A stretch of DNA of 64,000 nt from Clostridia bacterium (GTDB lineage Bacteria > Bacillota > Clostridia > Oscillospirales > SIG627), in assembly GCA_017507325.1 (NCBI GenBank), contig JAFWBD010000002.1, forward strand, positions 1,570-65,569, written 5' to 3'. Below, piece by piece: positions 54,149 to 64,000 of this stretch (positions within the stretch are counted from its first letter, which is position 1; every line of letters starts with the position of its first letter). The notes under the pieces are model-generated. The model was not told the DNA's origin. It made no database searches and saw nothing but the letters and a program-made list of their open reading frames with translations. Both the position numbers and the translations under genes were made by a program.

Positions 54149-55501
54149 ATCAAACGGCTCATTCTTTTCTGTCTTTGCTTTTCTATGCTCTCTTCTCTGT
54201 TCTCCTGCGCCCCCTCTCTTCTGCCTCCCACCGACGAGATCCCCTTTTCCTCGGAGGAGGCGGTAACGGCCGAATTGGGAATGCCCACCCTTCCCCAAGG
54301 CTTTTCCGCAGGCTTTGCCAGAAGGGTCCTCAATCCCCGCGTGGGCACGGTGCTGGGCGGCTATTCCGGCGCGGAAAACCGCAAAAGCCGCACCATTCGG
54401 GACGATATTATGCTCACTTGCGTTGCCGTTTGCGATGGGGAAAACACCCTTCTGTTCTATTCGGGAGATTATCTGGGCTTCAGCGAGACCGTTTGGAATC
54501 AGGTGGCCAAGTCCGTCACGCGGGAACTGGGCATTCCCAAGGAAAACGTCTTGATGAACGCCACCCATTCCCACACCGCTCCCGCCATTCATCTCAGCTC
54601 CACCCTGGCGGGGATCGGCTCGTATTTGCAGGAATTTTATCCCGCAGCCCTTCAATTGGCCTTTGAGGCGATGCACGATCTGGAGGCGGCTACCCTGTAT
54701 GCAGGCAAGACGCGGACCGACGGCTTAAACTACGTTCGCCGCTATCTCTACGCAGACGGAAGCTATGCGGGCAACTGGCCCGCCATTCAGGGTGCGGACA
54801 AGATCCGCCACGAAACCGAGCCCGATGAGACCCTGCAGATCCTCAAATTTGACCGAGAGACCAAAAAGGATATCGTTTTGGCCAATTGGCAATGCCACCC
54901 CACCGCGGCGGGCTCTGCCACGGGCACCATGGTCTCTGCCGATTGGATCGGCTCCTTCCGCGAAACCGTGGAGAAAAAGCTTGGCGTTCTGTGCTCCTTC
55001 CATCAAGGGGCGGCGGGCACCATCGTTTCCTACAGCAAAATCGAGGGAGAGATCACTGACCGCGACTTTTCCGCCCGCGGGAAAGCCGTGGCCGAGACCC
55101 TGATCGGAGCCATGGATTCTCTGATTCCCATCAAAAGCGGCAAGGTGAAGGCCTCCCTTCACCAATATACCGCCACCTACAGTGAGGCCTACCGAACAGA
55201 AAACCGCCTTTCGGCCACCGAAACGGATCTGACCGTCACCGTCCTTTCCATCGGAGAAGCAGCCTTTGCCACCGCCCCCTTTGAGATGGCCGATACCAAC
55301 GGCGTTTTCGTAAAAGAAAATTCCCCCTATAAAATGACCTTCATTTGCGCCTATACCAACGGCAGATACGGCTATATTCCCGCCCTTCATTCCTTCCCCA
55401 ACGGCGGATATGAGGTGGAATCCTGCCGTTTTGTTCCGGGAACGGGAGAAGAAATTGCTTCTCTGCTGCTTTGTGCACTGCAGGATCTGCAGGCGTCTTA
55501 A
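54149..55501 (+). CDS. neutral/alkaline ceramidase-like lipoprotein, paralogue 1 (apparent ATC start)
   Basis: No ATG/GTG/TTG lies between the promoter and the lipobox. ATC at 54149 is 6 nt after AAGGAGGG and gives (M)KRLILFCLCFSMLSSLFSCAP, parallel to paralogue 2. NATHSHTAP motif. Confidence 0.6.
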   Translation: MKRLILFCLCFSMLSSLFSCAPSLLPPTDEIPFSSEEAVTAELGMPTLPQGFSAGFARRVLNPRVGTVLGGYSGAENRKSRTIRDDIMLTCVAVCDGENTLLFYSGDYLGFSETVWNQVAKSVTRELGIPKENVLMNATHSHTAPAIHLSSTLAGIGSYLQEFYPAALQLAFEAMHDLEAATLYAGKTRTDGLNYVRRYLYADGSYAGNWPAIQGADKIRHETEPDETLQILKFDRETKKDIVLANWQCHPTAAGSATGTMVSADWIGSFRETVEKKLGVLCSFHQGAAGTIVSYSKIEGEITDRDFSARGKAVAETLIGAMDSLIPIKSGKVKASLHQYTATYSEAYRTENRLSATETDLTVTVLSIGEAAFATAPFEMADTNGVFVKENSPYKMTFICAYTNGRYGYIPALHSFPNGGYEVESCRFVPGTGEEIASLLLCALQDLQAS

Positions 55502-55529
55502 AAAAACAATCCTTCCAAAGGAGATCTCT

Positions 55530-56909
55530 ATGAAATTGAAAAGAACCGTGCTCCTACTTTTGGCTCTTTCCCTTTGCTTTTCCGCCGTCTCCTGCGCCCC
55601 CTCCCTTTTGCCGCCCACGGAGGATCGAATTTTCACCGAAGAAGAAGAAAAAGAGACAGTCGCTCCCCTTCCCGAAACGGGACCCATTGTGATTCCCGAG
55701 GGATTTTCCGCGGGCTTTGCCCGTGAAGCGCTGAATCCCGAGCCCGGCACCCCGCTGGGGGGCTATTCCAACGCGGAAAACCGCAAAAGCCACATCATTC
55801 GGGACGATATTATGCTCACTTGCGTTGCCGTTTCCGACGGGGAAAACACCCTCCTTCTCTATTCGGGGGATTATCTGAATTTCTCCGTCTCCATTTGGAA
55901 TCAGGTCACCCGTATGATCGAGCGTTCCTTCGGGATTCCCGCCGCAAACGTGCTTCTCAACGCCACCCATACCCACGCTTCCCCCGCCATTTACTACGGC
56001 TCCTCCCTGGTGGGAATCGCACGGTATCTGCAGGAATTTTATCCGCTGACCGTTCGTTTGGCGGAAAACGCCCTGCGGGATCTGGAAAATGCCGAGCTCT
56101 ACACGGGAAGCACCCGAACCCAAGGCCTCAATTACGTGCGCCGTTATCTCTATATGGACGGAAGCTATGCGGGCGGAAGCAATCTTTCCTTCGGGCAGGA
56201 TCCCAAATTGATGCGTCACGAGACCGACCCCGATGAGACCATGCAGATCATCAAATTCGATCGCAAGACCAAAAAGGATATCGTTCTGGCCAATTGGCAA
56301 TGCCATCCCACCGCAGGCTCCACCTCCACCAGCACCGCCGTCACCGCGGATTGGGTGAGCACCTTCCGTGAAACCGTGGAGAAAAAGGGCGATGTTCTCT
56401 GTTCCTTCCATCAAGGGGCGGCGGGCACGCTGGTCTCCTACAGCAAATTGAGCTCCAATTTGGTATCCGAGCGGAATTGTTATAAGCGAGGCGTGGAGAT
56501 CGGCGAGGTTCTGTTGGCCGCGCTTCCCTCCCTCAAGGCGTCCGAAAGCGGCAAGATCCGAGCGATCACGAAGGATTTTACCGCCACCTATAACGAGGCC
56601 TACCGCACAAAAAACAATCTCACGGCCACCACCAAGGCCTTGAATCTTTCCGCCATGGCCATCGGAGACGTTGCCTTTGTCACCGCCCCCTTTGAAATGG
56701 CCGATACCAACGGCGTTTTCGTGAAAGAAAATTCCCCCTATCAAATGACCTTCATCTGCGCCTATTCCAACGGAAGCAACGGCTATATTCCCGCCCTCCA
56801 TTCCTTCCCCAACGGCGGATACGAGGTGGAATCCTGCCGCTTCGTTCCCGGAACGGGTGAAGGGATCGCAAGCCTGATGGTGGAGATGCTGAAGGAGATC
56901 CGCCGCTGA
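55530..56909 (+). CDS. neutral/alkaline ceramidase-like lipoprotein, paralogue 2
   Basis: 459 aa from MKLKRTVLLLLALSLCFSAVSCAP. ATG lies after AAAGGAG. NATHTHASP motif. Family name is from memory. Confidence 0.7.
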   Translation: MKLKRTVLLLLALSLCFSAVSCAPSLLPPTEDRIFTEEEEKETVAPLPETGPIVIPEGFSAGFAREALNPEPGTPLGGYSNAENRKSHIIRDDIMLTCVAVSDGENTLLLYSGDYLNFSVSIWNQVTRMIERSFGIPAANVLLNATHTHASPAIYYGSSLVGIARYLQEFYPLTVRLAENALRDLENAELYTGSTRTQGLNYVRRYLYMDGSYAGGSNLSFGQDPKLMRHETDPDETMQIIKFDRKTKKDIVLANWQCHPTAGSTSTSTAVTADWVSTFRETVEKKGDVLCSFHQGAAGTLVSYSKLSSNLVSERNCYKRGVEIGEVLLAALPSLKASESGKIRAITKDFTATYNEAYRTKNNLTATTKALNLSAMAIGDVAFVTAPFEMADTNGVFVKENSPYQMTFICAYSNGSNGYIPALHSFPNGGYEVESCRFVPGTGEGIASLMVEMLKEIRR

Positions 56910-56918
56910 CAACAAAAA

Positions 56919-56966
56919 AACCGAATCCTCGCTGAAGTTTTGGCAAGGATTCGGTTCTCTTTTTTT
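56919..56966. terminator. bidirectional terminator (ceramidase-like pair / proC)
   Basis: AACCGAATCCT-16 nt-AGGATTCGGTT followed by CTCTTTTTTT, with an A-run upstream. Confidence 0.8.
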
Positions 56967-56970
56967 GCTT

Positions 56971-57768
56971 TTATTTTCCGAGGCTCTTGGTTTTTTCAAA
57001 GGCGGCGATCACCGCATCCATGGCGGCACTGCGGAAGGCCGCCTCCTCCAGCACCCGCACCCCTTCAATGGTGCTTCCGCCGGGACTGCAGACCGCATCC
57101 TTCAATTCCCCGGGATGCTTTTTGGTTTCCAAAACCGTTTTGGCCGCGCCCGCCACCGTAGCGGCGGCAAATCTCTGCGCCGTATCCCTTGAGAGCCCGC
57201 AGGCAACGGCACCGTCGGCCAAGGCCTCCACAAACAAATACACGAAGGCAGGGCCGCAGCCGTGCAGAGCGCTGGCGGCATCGATCTTATCCTCCGAAAG
57301 CTTTTCCACAAGGCCCGCCCTTTTCATCAGGGACAAAAAGCTTGCCTCCCGAGCGGCATCCACGTTCACGCTGTGGTACACGATCACGCCCTCTCCCACC
57401 GACACCGGTGTGTTGGGCATCATACGGATCAAGGGCGTTTTTTCTCCCAAAAAGGAAAGAATGCGCGCCGTGGAGACCCCCGCGGCCATGGAGATCAAAA
57501 CAAGACCGTCCCCTCTTTTTTTCACCGTTGGTGCGATTTCCTCCAGAAGAGCGGGGAGCACCTGCGGCTTGACCCCCAAAAACACCATATCGCACGTCTC
57601 CAGAATCTCTCGATTCTCCGATACGCTCGCCCCCAGCCTTTCCGCCAGCTCGGCGGCCTTTTTTTTGTCAAAATCCGCCAAGAAAAGCGAATGATTTCCT
57701 TCTGCCTTGGCGGCGGCAAGGGCCAAGGCCCCGCCCATATTTCCCGTTCCGATAAATCCGATTTTCAT
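56971..57768 (-). CDS. proC: pyrroline-5-carboxylate reductase
   Basis: 265 aa from MKIGFIGTGNMGGAL. SPGGSTIEG motif. Confidence 0.9.
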   Translation of the reverse strand: MKIGFIGTGNMGGALALAAAKAEGNHSLFLADFDKKKAAELAERLGASVSENREILETCDMVFLGVKPQVLPALLEEIAPTVKKRGDGLVLISMAAGVSTARILSFLGEKTPLIRMMPNTPVSVGEGVIVYHSVNVDAAREASFLSLMKRAGLVEKLSEDKIDAASALHGCGPAFVYLFVEALADGAVACGLSRDTAQRFAAATVAGAAKTVLETKKHPGELKDAVCSPGGSTIEGVRVLEEAAFRSAAMDAVIAAFEKTKSLGK

Positions 57769-57776
57769 AGTTGCTC

Positions 57777-59027
57777 CTATCTTACCGTACCGTTGCCGAT
57801 GACGATATATTGATACGTACAAAGCTCCTCCAGCCCCATAGGCCCTCTGGCGTGAAGCTTTTGGGTGGAAATGCCCATTTCACAGCCCAAGCCGAATTCG
57901 CCCCCGTCGGTAAAGCGGGTGGAGGCATTCACGTACACCGCCGCACTGTCCACCGCGGAGGTAAAATACGATGCCGCCTTTTCATCCTCGGTGAGAATGG
58001 CCTCGCTGTGACCCGTGGAATGGCAACGGATATGCTCCACCGCCTCCTCCACGCCCGAAACCACCTTGACCGCCAGAATATAATCCAAAAATTCCGTGTC
58101 AAAATCCTCATCGGAGGCTTTTTCTCCCTCGATGATTCTTGCCGCCGCGGGACAAAGGCGGAGCGAAACGGGGTTTTCTTTTCTTTCATCGCAAAGAAGC
58201 GCCTTCATCCGAGGCAAAAAGGCCTCGGCGATTCTCTCGTGCACCAACAGCACCTCGCAGGCATTGCAAACGGAGGGGCGGGAGCACTTGGCGTTTTCCA
58301 GCACCGTCAGCGCCTTGTCAAGATCCGCCCCTTCATCCACGTATACGTGGCAAATTCCCGTTCCCGTCTGAATGCAGGGCACCGTGGCGTTTTCCACGCA
58401 AGCGCGGATCAGCCCCGCACCGCCTCTGGGGATCAAAAGATCAATATACCCCTCGGCGCGCATCATTTCCACGGAGCTCTTTCGGGTGATGTCCTCAATG
58501 AGCTGGACAGCCTCCCGCGGGATCCCCACGGAGGAAAGCCCCTTTTGAATGCTCTCCACAATGGCATAGGAGGACAAAAAGGCCTCCTTCCCCCCTCGAA
58601 GCACGCAAACGTTGCCGCTTTTCAAGGAAAGGGCGGCGGCATCGGCCGTAACGTTGGGGCGGGATTCGTAAATGATCCCCACCACCCCCAAGGGACGGGA
58701 GATGCGGCGAATGCAAAGCCCCTTTTCGTGGGTGCTTTCCCGCAAAACTCTGCCTACGGGATCGGGCAGAGCCACAAGCGTGCGGATCCCCTCTGCCATC
58801 GCCCCGATCCGCTCCTCGGTCAGGCGAAGGCGATCCAGCATCACGGGGGAGATCTTCCCCTCTGCCTCTGCCAGATCACGGCGGTTGGCCGCCAAAATTT
58901 CTTCCTTGTTCTGCAAAAGAGCTTCCGCCATAGCCTCCAGAGCACGGTTTTTCTCTTCGGTGGAAAGGCGATTCACCAAGGGACTTACCCTTTTGGCCGC
59001 CTCTAAAATGCTTTGTGTTTCCTTCAT
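57777..59027 (-). CDS. proA: glutamate-5-semialdehyde dehydrogenase
   Basis: 416 aa. ESRPNVT, CNACE and [12 protein letters not shown] blocks. Confidence 0.9.
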   Translation of the reverse strand: MKETQSILEAAKRVSPLVNRLSTEEKNRALEAMAEALLQNKEEILAANRRDLAEAEGKISPVMLDRLRLTEERIGAMAEGIRTLVALPDPVGRVLRESTHEKGLCIRRISRPLGVVGIIYESRPNVTADAAALSLKSGNVCVLRGGKEAFLSSYAIVESIQKGLSSVGIPREAVQLIEDITRKSSVEMMRAEGYIDLLIPRGGAGLIRACVENATVPCIQTGTGICHVYVDEGADLDKALTVLENAKCSRPSVCNACEVLLVHERIAEAFLPRMKALLCDERKENPVSLRLCPAAARIIEGEKASDEDFDTEFLDYILAVKVVSGVEEAVEHIRCHSTGHSEAILTEDEKAASYFTSAVDSAAVYVNASTRFTDGGEFGLGCEMGISTQKLHARGPMGLEELCTYQYIVIGNGTVR

Positions 59028-59797
59028 TTTCCCGCTCCCTTCAAAAAGCGTGTTCCCACGGGCTTGCCCGAGGCGATCTCATACAGAATCCGCGGGTCGT
59101 TTCCGTTGGCAATCAGCATATCACAGCCCGCAGACGTTGCGATCACGGCGGCTCTCAATTTGGTGGCCATACCGCCCGTTCCCAACTCCGAGCCCTCCTT
59201 GCCGCCCAGTGCCAGAACGCCGTCGTCGATCTTTTCCACCACGGGGATCAATTTGGCCTCGGGATCGCTGTGGGGATCGGCGGTATACAGCCCGTCGATA
59301 TCGGAAAGGAGGATCAAAAGCTCCGCCTCAATGGATTTGGCCACGATGGCGGCCAGGGTATCGTTATCCCCGATCACGATTTCCTCGGTGGCAACGGTAT
59401 CGTTTTCATTGATAATGGGCAGAACCCCAAGTTCCAGCAAGCGGAACATGGTATTGCGAAAATGGCAGTAGCTTTCCTCGTTTCTCACGTCATACCCCGT
59501 CAAAAGGATCTGCGCCACGGTATGGCTGTACTCGGAAAACAGCTTGTCATAGGTATACATCAATTCGCACTGCCCCACGGCGGCGGCGGCCTGCTTGGTG
59601 GGCATATCCTTGGGGCGGGATTTCAAATTTAATTTTCCCACGCCCATCCCGATGGCACCGCTGGTCACCAGAATGATCTCGTGCCCGAAATTTTTCAAAT
59701 CGCACATCACCTTGCACAATTCCTCCACGCGGCGAATGTTCAGCCTGCCCGTGGAATGAGCCAGTGTGGAGGTTCCCACCTTGATTACAATTCTCAT
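59024..59797 (-). CDS. proB: glutamate 5-kinase (short form, no PUA domain)
   Basis: 257 aa from [21 protein letters not shown] and GTGGMATKL motifs. Overlaps the proA start. Confidence 0.9.
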   Translation of the reverse strand: MRIVIKVGTSTLAHSTGRLNIRRVEELCKVMCDLKNFGHEIILVTSGAIGMGVGKLNLKSRPKDMPTKQAAAAVGQCELMYTYDKLFSEYSHTVAQILLTGYDVRNEESYCHFRNTMFRLLELGVLPIINENDTVATEEIVIGDNDTLAAIVAKSIEAELLILLSDIDGLYTADPHSDPEAKLIPVVEKIDDGVLALGGKEGSELGTGGMATKLRAAVIATSAGCDMLIANGNDPRILYEIASGKPVGTRFLKGAGK

Positions 59798-59807
59798 TTT
59801 TTCCTCA

Positions 59808-59993
59808 CTAATTCTGTTTCTGAACCAATTTGTATTCATCGTAGAAACGGTAATAGGGACAGGTTTTGTAGCGGCCCGATGCCAGACGCTCCATTTCATC
59901 CTCATCCAGATCCAAGGTGCAGATCTCCTCATCGCTTTGATCGTCATAATCAAAATAAAGACAATCCCGACAATTTCCCAAGCCCTGATCCAT
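59808..59993 (-). CDS. small acidic Cys-containing protein (61 aa), unknown function
   Basis: MDQGLGNCRDCLYFDYDDQSDEEICTLDLDEDEMERLASGRYKTCPYYRF... ATG lies 8 nt after ACGGAG. First gene behind the promoter at 60034..60062 and 10 nt upstream of proB. Confidence 0.5.
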   Translation of the reverse strand: MDQGLGNCRDCLYFDYDDQSDEEICTLDLDEDEMERLASGRYKTCPYYRFYDEYKLVQKQN

Positions 59994-60033
59994 TTTGGTC
60001 ACTCCGTTTCTTTTGGAAGTTATTCTTTTCCTT

Positions 60034-60062
60034 ATTATAGTCTTTTTCCCCTGAATTGACAA
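60034..60062 (-). promoter_or_regulatory. sigma-A promoter of the small-ORF-proBAC unit
   Basis: Minus strand TTGTCA-17 nt-TATAAT. Confidence 0.65.
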
Positions 60063-60307
60063 GTTTTTTTGAAAAAAAACTCTCTTTTCTTCCCGCACCG
60101 GAAGACAAAGAGAATTCCGCCGCTTTTTTCCTTCGCAAAAAACGAAATCAACCCGCCTTTTTTATTTTTCGAAGGTTTTCCCCTTTCTTTTCCTTTTTTT
60201 GTTCGTTTTTTGCAAAATTCCCTTCCAAAGGGCGGATTTTGTGCTATCATTAAGATGAGATAAATTGGAAAAGTAAGAATACAAAACAAAGGAGGTTTTG
60301 TAACAGT

Positions 60308-62053
60308 ATGGATTTGTTTGACGTACTGACCATGATCGGAGGTTTGTGTCTGTTTTTGTTCGGCATGAACGTCATGGGGTCTGCCTTGGAAAGAAGAGCC
60401 GGCGGATCGCTCCGTAAAATTTTGGAAAAATTAACCGAAAATCCCCTGTTCGGTCTTTTGACCGGTATGGCGGTCACCGCCGTGATCCAGAGCTCCTCGG
60501 CCACCACGGTTATGGTGGTGGGCTTTGTCAACTCGGGACTGATGAGTCTGAGGCAGGCCATCGGTGTGATTATGGGTGCCAATATCGGTACCACCGTCAC
60601 CGCGTGGATCCTGAGCCTTGCGGGCATTTCCAGCGAGAATCTGTTCGTTCAGCTGTTAAAGCCCAGCTCCTTTACCCCCATTTTGGCGCTGATCGGCATT
60701 ATCCTTTATATGTTCGGCAAAAGCAGTAAGAAAAAGGATACCTCTATGATCCTTCTGGGCTTTGCCACCTTGATGTTCGGAATGGATACCATGTCCGGTG
60801 CGGTGAAGGGATTGGCGGAAAGCGAGGCCTTCCGTCAGATCTTCCTTTTGTTTGAAAACCCCGTTTTGGGTGTTTTGGCCGGTGCGGTTCTCACCGCCAT
60901 CCTTCAGAGCTCCTCGGCCTCCGTGGGTATCCTGCAGGCCTTGGCGGCCACGGGTCAGATCAGCTACGGCGCGGCCTTCCCCATTATTATGGGTCAAAAC
61001 ATCGGAACCTGTATTACGGCGATTCTCTCCTCCATCGGTGCCACCAAGAACGCAAAGCGCGCTGCCCTGGTACACCTTTCCTTTAACGTGATCGGAACCG
61101 TCATTCTGCTGATTTTATTCCTTGCGGTCAAATGGATCTTCCGTCCCCTGATCCTTGCCTCCCCCGCCACGCTGATGGGCATTGCGGTTTCCCACTCGCT
61201 TTTCAACGTTCTCTGCACCCTCATTTTGCTTCCTATGGGCGGCCTTCTGGAAAAAATGGCAAAGCTTTTGATCCCCGAATCCAAGCTCCCCGAAACTCAG
61301 ACCGAATTGGACGAGCGTCTTCTGGCCACCCCCTCCATTGCTCTGGAGAGATGCCACGCCTTGGCGGAGGAAATGGCGCAGACCGCCTTCATCACCCTTT
61401 CCCGCGGATTGGACTGCTTGGAAAAATACACCCCCGAAATGGGCGAATTGGTTCGGGAGGGAGAGGAAAGAACCGACCATTACGAGGATATTCTCGCCAC
61501 GTATCTGGTCAAGCTCAGCTATAAGCAATTGAGCGAGGAGGAAAGCTCCGAGGTCACCAAGCTTTTGAAAATGATCGGTGATTTCGAGAGAATTTCCGAC
61601 CACGGCGTCAACATTGTGGAATCCGCCGAGGAAATGAAGGCCAAAAATCTGAATTTCACCGAAGCGGCCGCAAAAGAGCTTTCCGTCATCGTGGAGGCGG
61701 TGCGGGAGATTCTGGATCTCACCCTCTGCGCTCTTTTGCAGGAGGATCTGACGGTGGCCTCCGCCGTGGAGCCCCTGGAGCAGGTGATCGACGATCTGAA
61801 GGAGTCCCTGCGCACCCAGCACATCAAGCGTCTCCAAGCGGGCAACTGCTCCATCGAGGCGGGCTTTGTCTGGTCCGACCTTCTGACCAATCTGGAGCGC
61901 ACCTCCGATCATTGCTCTAACATTGCGGGATGCCTGTTTGAAATGAACAAGATCGAAATGAATCTTCACGAGATCAAGCGTGAAATGAGAACGGAAAATC
62001 GCGATTATCGGGAAAACCTGAAAAAGTACGCCAAAAAGTACGTTCTCCCCTAA
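60308..62053 (+). CDS. Na/Pi cotransporter family protein with C-terminal PhoU-like domain
   Basis: 581 aa. Duplicated QSSSAT/QSSSAS NptA repeats. C-terminal helical PhoU-like repeats. Confidence 0.85.
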   Translation: MDLFDVLTMIGGLCLFLFGMNVMGSALERRAGGSLRKILEKLTENPLFGLLTGMAVTAVIQSSSATTVMVVGFVNSGLMSLRQAIGVIMGANIGTTVTAWILSLAGISSENLFVQLLKPSSFTPILALIGIILYMFGKSSKKKDTSMILLGFATLMFGMDTMSGAVKGLAESEAFRQIFLLFENPVLGVLAGAVLTAILQSSSASVGILQALAATGQISYGAAFPIIMGQNIGTCITAILSSIGATKNAKRAALVHLSFNVIGTVILLILFLAVKWIFRPLILASPATLMGIAVSHSLFNVLCTLILLPMGGLLEKMAKLLIPESKLPETQTELDERLLATPSIALERCHALAEEMAQTAFITLSRGLDCLEKYTPEMGELVREGEERTDHYEDILATYLVKLSYKQLSEEESSEVTKLLKMIGDFERISDHGVNIVESAEEMKAKNLNFTEAAAKELSVIVEAVREILDLTLCALLQEDLTVASAVEPLEQVIDDLKESLRTQHIKRLQAGNCSIEAGFVWSDLLTNLERTSDHCSNIAGCLFEMNKIEMNLHEIKREMRTENRDYRENLKKYAKKYVLP

Positions 62054-62074
62054 AAAAATGCCGCTTTTTCCTCA

Positions 62075-62101
62075 AAAGACCCTTCGGGGTCTTTTCTTTT
62101 T
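62075..62101 (+). terminator. rho-independent terminator
   Basis: AAAGACCC-TTCG-GGGTCTTT followed by TCTTTTT. Confidence 0.75.
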
Positions 62102-62151
62102 CGTTTTTTTGTGATAAAATAGAAAAAACATCTGCAAAGGAGGCTTTTTTT

Positions 62152-62421
62152 ATGAGAGCCGTTATCACCGTTATCGGAAAGGATACCGTAGGCATTTTGG
62201 CCAAGGTATCCGCCCTGTGCGCCACCTACGGCGCCAATATCATTGACGTTACCCAAACCGTTATGCAGGATCTGTTTTGTATGATCATGCTCTGTGAGAC
62301 CGATTCTCTCAGCGCTCCCTTTTCGGAATTTGTGGACAGCGCCGAAAAATTGGGCGAAGAAAATCATTTGAAGATCCACGTGATGCACGAAGATCTTTTC
62401 AATTCCATGCACCGCATCTGA
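62152..62421 (+). CDS. ACT domain protein (UPF0237)
   Basis: 89 aa. [20 protein letters not shown] is typical of ACT. Paired with the downstream UPF0210 gene. Confidence 0.8.
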   Translation: MRAVITVIGKDTVGILAKVSALCATYGANIIDVTQTVMQDLFCMIMLCETDSLSAPFSEFVDSAEKLGEENHLKIHVMHEDLFNSMHRI

Positions 62422-62431
62422 AGGAGTCGTT

Positions 62432-63799
62432 ATGAGTATCATCAATTCCCGCGATATTTTGGAAACCGTTTCCATGATCCAGGACGAGCATCTGGATATC
62501 CGCACCGTCACCATGGGCATTTCCCTTTTGGACTGCATCGATCCCGATATCGACCGCGCCTGCGAAAAGGTGTATCAAAAGATCACCGAGAAGGCCAAGA
62601 ATCTGGTTCCCGTTTGCGAAGAGATTGAAAAAACCTACGGGATCCCCATCATCAACAAGCGGATCTCCGTTACCCCCATTGCCATGGTGGCGGCCGCCTG
62701 CCGAGGGCAAAGCCCCTTGAAATTTGCGCTGACGCTGGAAAAATGCGCCGCAGCCGTAGGAGTCAATTTCATCGGCGGCTACAGCGCCTTGGTGCACAAG
62801 GGCTTTTCCGCAGGAGATCGGGAATTGATCGAAAGCATTCCCGAGGCCCTCGCCCGTACCGAGCACGTGTGCGCCTCCGTCAATCTCGGCTCCACCAAGG
62901 CGGGGCTCAATATGGATGCGGTTCGCCTGATGGGCGAAACCGTTCGCCGTGCGGCGGAATTGACCGCCGACCGCCAATGCATCGGTGCCGCCAAGCTCGT
63001 GGTCTTCTGCAACGCTCCCGAGGATAACCCCTTTATGGCGGGCGCCTTTCACGGAGTCGGCGAGGAGGATACCGTCATCAACGTGGGCGTTTCGGGCCCC
63101 GGCGTGGTGCGCAGTGCCCTCTCCAAATTGGGGAAGGACGCTCCCGTGGATGCCGTGGCGGAATTAATCAAAAAAACCGCCTTCAAGATCACCCGTATGG
63201 GTCAGCTGGTGGCCAAGGAGGCCTCCTCCCGTTTGGGAATGAAATTCGGCATCGTGGATCTTTCTCTGGCCCCCACCCCTGCGGTGGGAGATTCCGTGGC
63301 CCATATTTTGGAGGAAATGGGTCTGGAGCAATGCGGCGGATGCGGCACCACCGCTTGCCTTGCCCTCTTGAATGACGCTGTAAAGAAGGGCGGCGTGATG
63401 GCCTCCAGCCACATCGGCGGCCTTTCCGGCGCCTTTATTCCCGTCACCGAGGATGCGGGTATGATCGATGCCGCCGCCTCGGGAACGCTGACCCTTGAAA
63501 AATTGGAGGCCATGACCGCCGTTTGTTCCGTGGGTCTGGATATGATCAACATCCCCGGTGATACCCCCGCCGAGGTCATCAGCGCCATCATTGCCGACGA
63601 GGCGGCCATCGGAATGGTGAATTCCAAAACCACCGCCTGCCGCTTGATTCCCGCCATCGGCAAAAAGGTGGGCGACACCCTCTCCTTCGGCGGACTTTTG
63701 GGCGAGGGACCCGTGATGGCCGTGAATCAAAAATCGCCCGCCGTCTTCATTCATCGGGGCGGCCGCTTGCCCGCTCCCCTGCAAAGCCTGAAAAACTGA
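62432..63799 (+). CDS. PFL-like UPF0210 (DUF711) family protein
   Basis: 455 aa. [26 protein letters not shown]-terminus is characteristic of UPF0210 (from memory). Confidence 0.75.
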   Translation: MSIINSRDILETVSMIQDEHLDIRTVTMGISLLDCIDPDIDRACEKVYQKITEKAKNLVPVCEEIEKTYGIPIINKRISVTPIAMVAAACRGQSPLKFALTLEKCAAAVGVNFIGGYSALVHKGFSAGDRELIESIPEALARTEHVCASVNLGSTKAGLNMDAVRLMGETVRRAAELTADRQCIGAAKLVVFCNAPEDNPFMAGAFHGVGEEDTVINVGVSGPGVVRSALSKLGKDAPVDAVAELIKKTAFKITRMGQLVAKEASSRLGMKFGIVDLSLAPTPAVGDSVAHILEEMGLEQCGGCGTTACLALLNDAVKKGGVMASSHIGGLSGAFIPVTEDAGMIDAAASGTLTLEKLEAMTAVCSVGLDMINIPGDTPAEVISAIIADEAAIGMVNSKTTACRLIPAIGKKVGDTLSFGGLLGEGPVMAVNQKSPAVFIHRGGRLPAPLQSLKN

Positions 63800-63817
63800 G
63801 CCGAAGGAAGCTTTTTT

Positions 63818-64000
63818 ATGCAAGAGATCTTACGTGAGATTCGGGAGGGCGCCCGTCTTTTTGTCAAAATGGTCTTCAGCGCTCCCGCGAAAAAAAGCCC
63901 CGCTCTGTCGGAAAAGCTCTCTTTGACGAGGGCGGAGGAAAACAAAAACGGGACCCTGTTTTTTGCCGAGGAATTCATCGGAACAAAGGCCTTTCATCAC
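63818..64000 (+). CDS. partial CDS (N-terminus; runs off the window end), unknown function
   Basis: ATG 63818 follows GAAGGAAG. Open for 61 codons to the window edge (MQEILREIREGARLFVKMVFSAP...). Confidence 0.4.
   Translation, partial: MQEILREIREGARLFVKMVFSAPAKKSPALSEKLSLTRAEENKNGTLFFAEEFIGTKAFHH

Noticed and set aside
54725-56999. Long minus-strand ORFs (54725..55750 and 55554..56999), plus 49144..50208, 41047..42426, 12853..14019, 52815..54098 and similar
   Set aside because: Each is antisense to a gene with strong motif support (ceramidase-like pair, ldh, trpB, permease, VanY). They are shadow ORFs typical of GC3-rich coding regions.
1-64000. Mobile elements, prophage, toxin-antitoxin or defence systems
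   Set aside because: I found no transposase, integrase, recombinase, phage structural gene, restriction-modification gene, Cas gene, nuclease-NTPase or small TA-like gene pair in any frame. Flanking genes are housekeeping, and there are no terminal inverted repeats or tRNA targets.

Overview
This is a 64-kb chromosomal segment at roughly 55% GC. The spoIIGA-sigE pair, the T-box leaders, a tandem glycine riboswitch and frequent ATGA/GTGA start-stop overlaps point to a spore-forming Firmicute of the class Clostridia. This is an inference; no database search was possible. I support about 57 protein-coding genes. I see no rRNA, tRNA, CRISPR array, transposase, integrase or phage gene. Order of content: two carbohydrate esterases; an AraC-controlled SDR / dehydroquinase-like / quinone-oxidoreductase operon; an AraC regulator plus rhaBAD; two paralogous lipoprotein genes; a 12-kb seven-gene ABC-type operon; mnmA-rnhA; a frameshifted glycine-riboswitch-controlled alanine/glycine symporter; T-box-controlled thrS; uppP; an anion permease; a five-gene lic-like envelope operon; T-box-controlled orphan trpB; a chrA pair; efp and pepP; spoIIGA-sigE; ldh; DUF1846-galE-VanY; two paralogous ceramidase-like lipoproteins; proBAC; a Na/Pi transporter; and an ACT/UPF0210 pair. 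Two clusters look most like under-described systems. (1) The 12-kb ABC operon (12.9-25.2 kb) encodes a 1056-aa binding protein, two permease pairs, an NHL-propeller/TPR/Yip1 membrane protein and a 949-aa secreted DUF5696-like protein. (2) The lic-like operon (34.3-41.0 kb) lacks LicD and instead carries a TagF-like transferase and a 911-aa YidC-LtaS fusion. All family names come from motif recognition by eye, not from searches. Non-CDS coordinates are good to within a few nucleotides.
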